Shown here piece by piece: positions 24,717 to 31,917 of a stretch of DNA of 32,000 nt (position 1 is the first letter of the stretch; every line of letters starts with the position of its first letter). The stretch is taken from NCBI GenBank assembly GCA_031316235.1, contig JALDRA010000001.1, forward strand, positions 570,001 to 602,000. The letters are read 5' to 3'. The DNA comes from Candidatus Scalindua sp. GTDB lineage: Bacteria > Planctomycetota > Brocadiia > Brocadiales > Scalinduaceae. Below the pieces are notes generated by a model that was given only the letters and a program-made list of their open reading frames with translations, did not search any database and was not told where the DNA came from. The position numbers and the translations under genes were made by a program.

Positions 24717-25793
24717 TCATATAAAGTTAGTATGTAAGGGTGGGTGTTTTATCATCCATAACGACTCGTTAATAGCGTTTTCCTTACATCCACTGTAACA
24801 CTCCTCGTGTACATTCAAATTTTGAATTCTCTTAACCGCCTCCAGATATCTATCACTATAAAATATATCTTTAAAAGATTCTTCAATAATATTACCAATT
24901 GCAAATTCTTCGCTTCTCCAGTCGAAAAACTGCGCACATGGATATATAGTTCCATTACCAGACATTCTTAACATAAAATTACCAGCACAATAACAGACAT
25001 CATAATCCCTTTCTCTCCCTTTTAATATTTTACTCCACCTCACTACTACATCAAACGTGTCTGTTGCATACTCCTCAGCCTCTTTCAATTGATCTACCAC
25101 TTTCTGGTAGTCATCATGTTTGACACCCAAATCTCCTTGAAAATTATCACTGCAATGCTTTATTTCCAGGTAGTCAACCCCAAGATCTCTACCAAGTTTT
25201 GCTAATTTTTTGGCTTCCTCAGCATACCAAGGCATGGTAACCATTTGCAGACCTACTGTAAGAGGTAAATTATCTTGCTTTCTTATCTTTACGAACGCTT
25301 CTATGTTTTTTACCACTTTATTGAAATTATCTTCACGTGTTTTATGAATTTTCCTATAACTATTTTCATCTCCGGCACTGATATTAAATCTTATCCATAC
25401 TAAGTTGTTCGCTAAATCCGGAATTCTCTCTTCTCCTAGTCTCCCCCCCCACGTTGCAAGTCCCATACTTAACCCACATCTGTTTCCTTCAACAACAGCG
25501 TCATACACTGCAGGATTCATTGTGGGTTCAGCTTCTCCCGTAATTGAAATAGCCTTAACCCCTAACTCCGCAGCGTCCCTCAGGAACCTCAAAAGAGGTT
25601 CTTTTGGTATGTTAAAGCCACTCGGACCTATTCTTCCCTGCAAGGCACCATAGCAATAAACACACGCAATATCACACCCTTTGGATATTCCTATATCCAT
25701 ATGTAACGGGACGATTCTTTCCCCCTTTACCCACGATTCAACTCTATCCAGATGCCACCAAAGCTTGTGCCCTTCCATCCGATACTTATCCAT
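24717..25793 (-). CDS. Radical SAM enzyme with a C-terminal auxiliary Cys-rich (twitch-like) region; paralog of 28793..29860
   Basis: ATG start. MDKYRMEGHKLWWHLDRVESW... The rSAM cluster is SKGCDIACVYCYG. The C-terminal region is CYCAGNFMLRMSGNGTIYPC...ECYSGC, ending HPPLHTNFI. It is collinear with the 355-aa ORF over its full length. Confidence 0.8.
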   Translation of the reverse strand: MDKYRMEGHKLWWHLDRVESWVKGERIVPLHMDIGISKGCDIACVYCYGALQGRIGPSGFNIPKEPLLRFLRDAAELGVKAISITGEAEPTMNPAVYDAVVEGNRCGLSMGLATWGGRLGEERIPDLANNLVWIRFNISAGDENSYRKIHKTREDNFNKVVKNIEAFVKIRKQDNLPLTVGLQMVTMPWYAEEAKKLAKLGRDLGVDYLEIKHCSDNFQGDLGVKHDDYQKVVDQLKEAEEYATDTFDVVVRWSKILKGRERDYDVCYCAGNFMLRMSGNGTIYPCAQFFDWRSEEFAIGNIIEESFKDIFYSDRYLEAVKRIQNLNVHEECYSGCKENAINESLWMIKHPPLHTNFI

Positions 25794-25872
25794 AATTGAT
25801 ATCCTCTCTACAAGTAGTTTATACGTTTAAATATGGTACATAAACAACCCTCAATATTGGCAAATTAATTCA

Positions 25873-26646
25873 TCACCAATCTACCTCTATATATCCAGAG
25901 GGGACGCTATGCCAGGTAAATTTCTTAATTTTTGGTTTTGAGCCGAAAGTTTTTTGGAAATAATCATCTATCGCCTTTGTCTCTCCGCCGAAAAGATCCA
26001 GAGCATATTCATCGGCAATGATTATTCCTCCATGCACCATTAAAGGAACAAATTTCTCTAAAGCAATTTTTGTAGGCTCATAAAGATCAAAGTCAATATT
26101 TAAGAGAGCAATCCTCAATCCATGCCCTTTCGATTCAACAAATGCAGGGATAGTTTTTAAAGCATCTCCTTTAATAAACTCTATTCTTTTGAGATGCCTG
26201 ATATGCTTATCAGCCGTCATCGCCTTTTGGGCTAAATCCATATCTCTTTCGACTGTAGTACCACCTGAAAAACCTCCCACTTTTCTCCCTCGTTCCAACT
26301 CTTCGCCTCCATCTTCTTCGGCTATGTGAGGAAAGCCCTCAAATGTATCAAAACCGTAAACAACCTTTCTGACGTCTGTAGGGCAAAATATTTCACATAG
26401 TTTTGCCCAAGTGAATGTAGATGCTCCTCTGAAAACACCGAGATCAACAATTACACCGGGCAGATTGCATATCTTCTTAAATAATTCATAATGCGTGAGA
26501 AACCTTGCAATGTTGTATCGAGGCGTATACACTGGGAAATTCCTGAACATCTCAAATGGAGAAAGCTCAGTTTTTCCGAAAAGTTCTTCCAGAATTCCCC
26601 TTTGTTGCTTTTCATTTTCATGCCGTAAAGATATATCGTCTGACAT
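25873..26646 (-). CDS. TylF/MycF/NovP-family (macrocin-type) SAM-dependent O-methyltransferase
   Basis: ATG start with AAGGGGA upstream. Family motifs: VIVDLGVFRGAST, GFDTFEGFP, NIDFDLYEPT (the metal-binding D-x-D-x-Y-x-x-T), GGIIIADEY. Confidence 0.8.
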   Translation of the reverse strand: MSDDISLRHENEKQQRGILEELFGKTELSPFEMFRNFPVYTPRYNIARFLTHYELFKKICNLPGVIVDLGVFRGASTFTWAKLCEIFCPTDVRKVVYGFDTFEGFPHIAEEDGGEELERGRKVGGFSGGTTVERDMDLAQKAMTADKHIRHLKRIEFIKGDALKTIPAFVESKGHGLRIALLNIDFDLYEPTKIALEKFVPLMVHGGIIIADEYALDLFGGETKAIDDYFQKTFGSKPKIKKFTWHSVPSGYIEVDW

Positions 26647-26748
26647 TCACTATTCCCCTTAATATGTGCTACAACCGTATATTATATAGAATCACTTTCT
26701 GTAAAAACTTCACCATTTAGAAAAGTAATAACATTTCCCTTATCATCT

Positions 26749-27654
26749 TCATATACATGTCTCTATTCTCTCTCTTATGTCACTGGAAGAAAAACCATAA
26801 TGCTCTCTCATACCGTTTATATTTTTGATAACATGAATAAATTCATTGGTAATTCCCATTTTCTCCAAACGATATGGACATCTCTCTTTTGTGATCCACT
26901 CTGAAATAATACCACCTAAACTTCCATCCTTAAAATTCTCCTCAACCGTTATCAGGGTATGAACGGTATCGGAAAGAATTTCTCCAAGAAATGACGTATC
27001 GAGAGGCTGAATCATAGGAACAGATATGAGCATTGGGGAGGGTTCCATCCCATCAGTTGCTTTGACAACCTCAATAGACACCGAGCCATGAAATAGGATT
27101 GCGACGTCTTTCCCCTTCTTAACGACAATCGGCCTGCTTATGTCATTCGGTGCATTTGTATGAATCACCGGTTCACCGCTTTTGGGTATCCTTATATAGG
27201 TAGGATTTTTACTTTTGTATGCATGTTCAATACAGAGCTCTGCTTCAAGAGGATCAGATGGCGACATAATTTCCATGTTTGGTAAAGTCCTCGCTAACAG
27301 CAGATCCTCCACCCCGTAATGAGTCACACCGCCTGGGGCATATGTCACTCCGCTGCCAATTCCTAATAATGTTACAGGAACCCGCTGATAACAAATATCG
27401 TTTCTGACCTGTTCATAACAGCGGTATAAGAGAAAGGGTATTATGTTGTAAACAAATACTTTATATCCAGACAACCCGAGACCTGCAGCAAAACTTATCA
27501 TATTTTGTTCAGCCACACCCATATTTAAGAACCTCTTGGGAAATTGCTCCCGATAATTTTCCCATACACCAAAACCTGCATCTCCTACAATCAAAAAAAC
27601 ATTCTTATCTTTGTTCGCAAATTCACAGATTTTCGTTGAAACACTATTTCTCAA
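26749..27654 (-). CDS. Transketolase, C-terminal (pyrimidine-binding + C-terminal domain) subunit
   Basis: GVAEQNMISFAAGLGLSGYKVFVYNIIPFL, GIGSGVTYAPGGVTHYGVEDLLLARTLPNMEIMSPSDPLE. The start must be TTG 27654 (AAGGA 9 nt upstream, 11 nt after the N-subunit stop). The next in-frame Met is already inside the conserved domain. Confidence 0.9.
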   Translation of the reverse strand: MRNSVSTKICEFANKDKNVFLIVGDAGFGVWENYREQFPKRFLNMGVAEQNMISFAAGLGLSGYKVFVYNIIPFLLYRCYEQVRNDICYQRVPVTLLGIGSGVTYAPGGVTHYGVEDLLLARTLPNMEIMSPSDPLEAELCIEHAYKSKNPTYIRIPKSGEPVIHTNAPNDISRPIVVKKGKDVAILFHGSVSIEVVKATDGMEPSPMLISVPMIQPLDTSFLGEILSDTVHTLITVEENFKDGSLGGIISEWITKERCPYRLEKMGITNEFIHVIKNINGMREHYGFSSSDIRERIETCI

Positions 27655-27665
27655 TTATTTTTTCC

Positions 27666-28475
27666 TTATTCTTGATGTAATTCCTTAAAAGCCTGCTCTT
27701 TAAACTCATCAGTGACTACATAATAATGCCATTTCATTTCGTCTTCCATAAATGAAATACCCTGGCCCTTCTTGGTATCAGCAATAAATATTTTTGGTTT
27801 CTCATTTGTTGCTTTTTTAAAGGTTTGAATAATTTCCCCAAAGTTGTGACCATTCATTCGATGGACCTCCCAACCGAAGGCCTCCCATTTATCTACAATC
27901 GGTTCGTATGAACACAACTCACTGGGTCGTCCATAACCCTGTAAATCATTACGGTCCATAATTGCTGTAAAATTGTTGAGACCTAACTTAGGAGCAAACA
28001 TAGCCCCCTCCCATATCGCCCCCTCCTGCGACTCACCATCCCCAATGATAGAAAATACTTTCCTTTTATCTCCTTTTAGTTTCAATCCATAGGCAATCCC
28101 CAACGCAATGTTGAATCCATGCCCCAGAGAACCTGCTGAAACTTCGATCCATTTATTGGTAAATTTATCAAGATGTGCTGGTAATGTCCCATCGTTTTGG
28201 AAGTATCCAAAAAATGTATCTTTATCCATTAACTTTTTGTGAGTTAACATTGCATACAGGGCCATTGCCCCATGAGCTTTGCTTAGCACGAATATATCCC
28301 TCATTGGAAAATTTTCTTCATTGATATTTAGCTCATGGTAATAGAGATATACCAATAAATCAACGCAAGAGAGCGAGGAACCGACATGGGCACTTTTTGA
28401 TTTATTCGCAACATCAATTACCAATTTCCTTACCTCTCGGGATATTTCTTTCAATTTATTTTCTAACTTATCCAT
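27666..28475 (-). CDS. Transketolase, N-terminal (thiamine-diphosphate-binding) subunit
   Basis: ATG start. SAHVGSSLSCVDLLVYLY, LSKAHGAMALYA, GSLGHGFNIALGIA, IIGDGESQEGAIWEGAMFA (G-D-G ThDP motif). Confidence 0.9.
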   Translation of the reverse strand: MDKLENKLKEISREVRKLVIDVANKSKSAHVGSSLSCVDLLVYLYYHELNINEENFPMRDIFVLSKAHGAMALYAMLTHKKLMDKDTFFGYFQNDGTLPAHLDKFTNKWIEVSAGSLGHGFNIALGIAYGLKLKGDKRKVFSIIGDGESQEGAIWEGAMFAPKLGLNNFTAIMDRNDLQGYGRPSELCSYEPIVDKWEAFGWEVHRMNGHNFGEIIQTFKKATNEKPKIFIADTKKGQGISFMEDEMKWHYYVVTDEFKEQAFKELHQE

Positions 28476-28529
28476 TTTTTCTCAATCTTTTCTTGTCAAT
28501 CGAGTTAGTGCCCCCAGCACAACTCTTTC

Positions 28530-28573
28530 AAAATGGCTACAACTACTTCCCTGTAGTTGCTTCACGCCATTTT
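28530..28573. other. Nested hairpin inside the 317-bp gap between the rSAM and transketolase genes
   Basis: The outer stem is aaaatggc (28530..28537) / gccatttt (28566..28573). The inner stem is caactac (28540..28546) / gtagttg (28553..28559) with loop ttccct. On the minus strand the structure ends in TTTT, so it could terminate or attenuate read-through from 28793..29860. Confidence 0.35.
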
Positions 28574-28792
28574 AAGTATGTGCTAATGCGCAAAATTAAT
28601 GTAGCAGATTCATTTATTCACATTTGAAAATGATAAAACTACTTGTTTTTTGTTAAACAATGGTTATTACTTCTAAAAAGAAACTCGTATAATCAATAGG
28701 CATTTTGGATTATCAAGCATTGTTCCCCTTTTTCCTGAGCATAATCATTAAGCATTTTTCTTTACCACACCCAAAGTGTGGAAAAACAGTCT

Positions 28793-29860
28793 CTAAATAA
28801 AATTAACATGTTCTGGAGGATATTTTAATTCCCAAAGATACTTATTTACCTCGTCCATCCTGCAGTTAATTCTACAACAACCGGCATCAAACTCATGCTC
28901 TACCCACTTTAATGACTCAAGCCTTCTCTCTCCCTCCCAGATTTCCCGAAAACTGCTCTCGTTTATATTGCCATAGTAGAACCTCTCATCCCCGAGATAT
29001 ACACTGCAACCCCAGACATTGCCACCAGCATCCAGATATGACCAGAAAGGAAGTGCGATACAACGATTATAATTTCTTCCGGCTTGGTCCCACTTTTTCA
29101 TAGTCTGTATCCTGAAAATAACACTAAAGGTACTCGTATTAATTCTTTCTAGGGAATCGGCAAGACCAAGATAATCACTGTATTTAATAGATTTGTATTT
29201 GTCAGTCTTGCTTAATGGGTGTTGTGAATAAGGTTTTATTACGAGATAATCCATTCCGATGTCGCGGGCCAACTCTGCAAGAAGTACGGCTTCATGCTGA
29301 TTTTCTGGCAGTAATAAGAGTTGCATACCCAATGCACACTTACACGCACTCTCTTTCCTCATTTTTACTGCATATGTCATATTTTTTATTACGGTCTCAA
29401 AATCATCAATCTTGGAGCGATGGATCTTAGCATACGTCTCTTTCGTTGCCCCATTAATACTAACCTTGATCCATTCTGTATGTGGGAGAATTTTTTCCAC
29501 GAGAGATTTGCGCAGAAAAACCCCATTGGTAGTAATGCCGACATCAATCCCCGATATCTTTGTGTGACCAATAATCTCTGCAATATCTTTATGTAAAAAA
29601 GGTTCCCCCTCACCAGCAAACATCACGCTTTTCAATCCTAGTTCTCCCATTTCGGAGAGCTTCTCTTTTAATATACTGGTATCCAGGTACCTCTTCTTAT
29701 ATTCCATAAAATCCAGGGCACAGTAACTACAACGATGGTTACACGTTCCTGAAGGACTTATCTCCATATAAATTGGGTAAATTATTTCACCGTCCAGCCA
29801 ATCGTTAACTCTTGGGACATGATAAAGAAGCTTATGGCTGTCTATTCTATATTTATCCAT
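28793..29860 (-). CDS. Radical SAM enzyme with a C-terminal auxiliary Cys-rich (twitch-like) region; paralog of 24717..25793
   Basis: ATG start 1 nt after the upstream stop. MDKYRIDSHKLLYHVPRVNDW... The rSAM cluster is SGTCNHRCSYCA. The C-terminal region is CIALPFWSYLDAGGNVWGC...GCCRINC, ending YPPEHVNFI. Confidence 0.8.
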   Translation of the reverse strand: MDKYRIDSHKLLYHVPRVNDWLDGEIIYPIYMEISPSGTCNHRCSYCALDFMEYKKRYLDTSILKEKLSEMGELGLKSVMFAGEGEPFLHKDIAEIIGHTKISGIDVGITTNGVFLRKSLVEKILPHTEWIKVSINGATKETYAKIHRSKIDDFETVIKNMTYAVKMRKESACKCALGMQLLLLPENQHEAVLLAELARDIGMDYLVIKPYSQHPLSKTDKYKSIKYSDYLGLADSLERINTSTFSVIFRIQTMKKWDQAGRNYNRCIALPFWSYLDAGGNVWGCSVYLGDERFYYGNINESSFREIWEGERRLESLKWVEHEFDAGCCRINCRMDEVNKYLWELKYPPEHVNFI

Positions 29861-29861
29861 C

Positions 29862-31409
29862 TTATTTCAAAATTGTGTGCACAAAATCCAGCAGCTCATA
29901 TTTTTCCACAGACTTCTTGTTTCCTACAATCTGAACTGCCAGCGCCCCGACAGCATTTCCGATGAACGAGACAAGATCTAATGGATGGCCAATCGCAAAA
30001 CAGGGAGCGGTATATGCAAAAAACGCATCACCCGCACCTACTGTATCAATTACCTTTGATGAAAATATTGGAGTCCTGTTTGTTTCGCCTTTTCTATTAA
30101 TCCCGATTGAACCTCCCTTACCAAGCGTCGCAATAAGGTAATCAGAATTTATGGACTTTGAGATTTTTTTTATGACATCCTTAATATCAGTAAATTTTTC
30201 CTGAGCAGCCAACCTGATTTCAAGTTCATCCAGACAGACATAATTTGGATTATGATATTTTGTAATGAGATTGTAACCTACATTAGCCCCATTGGTCTGT
30301 GTATTAATACCAAATGTCTTTGAATGCTTTTCAATAATACTGAATATTTTTTCCGTTATAAATCCATGCCCGAAATCTGAAATCAATACTAAATCATAGT
30401 TTTCTATTTCAGACTCCAGATATTTAATGATCTCCATCTCAATACGGTTGTTGATGAAAGCATCTTCCAGATAATTGATTTCAAACAGCTTTTGGTTCAG
30501 ATAGGAGTGAATATACCTCTTCTTGACAATGGTTGGGCCATCTTCCCTGTAAAAGAACTGAGAACGGACGTTTGGTTTTAAGCTGTTTAATATGAAATCT
30601 TCTCTTGTATCTTCCCTGCCCAGCACTGTTACCAGTTGTATCTCTTCACAGAGACCTGCTATATGATTGGCAATTGCAAATACGCCTCCCGCAAAGATCT
30701 CATGGGTTAAATATTTATTTACGACAAGATTCGCCTTGGAAGACTTACCCATGGTCGCGACATAATGATATTCATCAATAATACCGTCTCCAAGGAGCAG
30801 GATTTTCATCTTTTTCAACTCATCCACTTTCTCCATGATATAATCGAAACTATACTTTTCTGAAAAGTCCTGTAAAAACTTCCTGGTCTCCTCGGGATAC
30901 ACATCGAGAAAATTATTGATAATCCGTGAAGAGCTAAAGGATATTCCCCCCGTCTCACAGATCCGGCCTTGTCCAAAATAAAATTTTTTCTCCTTCTCCA
31001 AATTTTTTTCGTAAATTCCGAGATCCTGAGCTCTTCTCTTATGTGACCTCCCCTTTGAAAACACATCGGGTTTTATCCTCTGTATGCATTCAAAAGGTGT
31101 CTCATCGTCAACCAGGCAGGTGAAATCAACCTGCTCGAGAGCAGCAACATTCTCCACTCTATAATTCTCCGGGAATATGGGTCTTCCCGGCCCTTTCCGC
31201 ACATCTTTATCCTTAATTACGGTAACTATCAAAACGTCACCCTCTCTCTTCGACATATTGAGATGTTTGATGATCCCTGGATGGATGAGGTCAAAAACGC
31301 CGTGAGTCTGAACCACAACTTTACCCTGCTGTTTCAGGTTTTCAACCTTCTCAATGAGTTTATCGAACAGTAATATCTTTCTTTCTATTGATCTGTTGGT
31401 CATTGGCAA
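29862..31409 (-). CDS. Bifunctional nucleotidyltransferase (RfaE domain II/cytidylyltransferase-like, N-terminal) + PfkB-family sugar kinase (RfaE domain I-like, C-terminal)
   Basis: The longest ORF starts at TTG 31409. ATG 31403 (MTNRSIE...) is likely. The N-terminal domain has THGVFDLIHPGIIKHL...DVLIVTVIKDKDVRKGPGRPIF...GGISFSSSRII. The C-terminal domain has KILLLGDGIIDEY...FAGGVFAIANH...DTVGAGDAFFA (PfkB signature). Confidence 0.8.
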   Translation of the reverse strand: MPMTNRSIERKILLFDKLIEKVENLKQQGKVVVQTHGVFDLIHPGIIKHLNMSKREGDVLIVTVIKDKDVRKGPGRPIFPENYRVENVAALEQVDFTCLVDDETPFECIQRIKPDVFSKGRSHKRRAQDLGIYEKNLEKEKKFYFGQGRICETGGISFSSSRIINNFLDVYPEETRKFLQDFSEKYSFDYIMEKVDELKKMKILLLGDGIIDEYHYVATMGKSSKANLVVNKYLTHEIFAGGVFAIANHIAGLCEEIQLVTVLGREDTREDFILNSLKPNVRSQFFYREDGPTIVKKRYIHSYLNQKLFEINYLEDAFINNRIEMEIIKYLESEIENYDLVLISDFGHGFITEKIFSIIEKHSKTFGINTQTNGANVGYNLITKYHNPNYVCLDELEIRLAAQEKFTDIKDVIKKISKSINSDYLIATLGKGGSIGINRKGETNRTPIFSSKVIDTVGAGDAFFAYTAPCFAIGHPLDLVSFIGNAVGALAVQIVGNKKSVEKYELLDFVHTILK

Positions 31410-31411
31410 AC

Positions 31412-31888
31412 CTATTTGATAAAATGTTGATTGAGAAGTTTTGTTGATGAAAAAACTATATCCTGGGTAAACTTGATTTCTATTCCTAATTCCCTCGTCA
31501 AGTTGTATTCCTTTTGAATCTTTCCCGTTTTATCCTGCAGATTCTGAAATTCCTGTCCCTTTACATAGATATCCGGGCATAATCGCCTCAGCGTATTTTC
31601 AGCGGTAGGCCATTTATTGACAGCCACGTAATCAACACACTCTAAAGCAGCAATTGAATCTGCCCTCAGCTCCTGGTTAAAGACCGGTCTGTCCGGCCCT
31701 TTGTCAACGTACACATCAGGGGTAACTGTTATTACGAGAACGTCCCCCATCTTTTTAGCCGACTGAAAATGTTTTATGTGTCCAGGATGCATGAGATCAA
31801 AACATCCATGACAGTGAACAATTATCTTTCCTTCATTCTTCAAAGCACGGATTTTTTGTTCTAATTCATCAAATTCAAGAATCTTCAC
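31412..31888 (-). CDS. Stand-alone RfaE domain II/cytidylyltransferase-like nucleotidyltransferase
   Basis: GTG start at 31888 with GAGAGAGG 8 nt upstream; no alternative Met precedes the active-site motif. CHGCFDLMHPGHIKHF (intact HxGH), DVLVITVTPDVYVDKGPDRPVF, IVFSSTKLL. Confidence 0.8.
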   Translation of the reverse strand: MKILEFDELEQKIRALKNEGKIIVHCHGCFDLMHPGHIKHFQSAKKMGDVLVITVTPDVYVDKGPDRPVFNQELRADSIAALECVDYVAVNKWPTAENTLRRLCPDIYVKGQEFQNLQDKTGKIQKEYNLTRELGIEIKFTQDIVFSSTKLLNQHFIK

Positions 31889-31917
31889 TGAAATACCTCT
31901 CTCGCGGGCCAGAATTT

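Noticed and set aside
20677-25793. Reading the rSAM/SPASM + methyltransferase block as a RiPP gene cluster
   Set aside because: I found no plausible short precursor ORF with an RBS in the adjoining gaps. I recognise no protease, no exporter and no RiPP recognition element. The surrounding genes are carbohydrate-related. A missed precursor under 60 aa cannot be excluded.
20226-31066. Remaining short ORFs overlapping the methyltransferase, radical SAM, transketolase and kinase genes (for example 21937..22386 at 149 aa, 24007..24288, 25405..25653, 29215..29619, 30815..31066)
   Set aside because: All are nested in or antisense to ORFs with diagnostic catalytic motifs. None has an RBS, a family signature or its own intergenic space.
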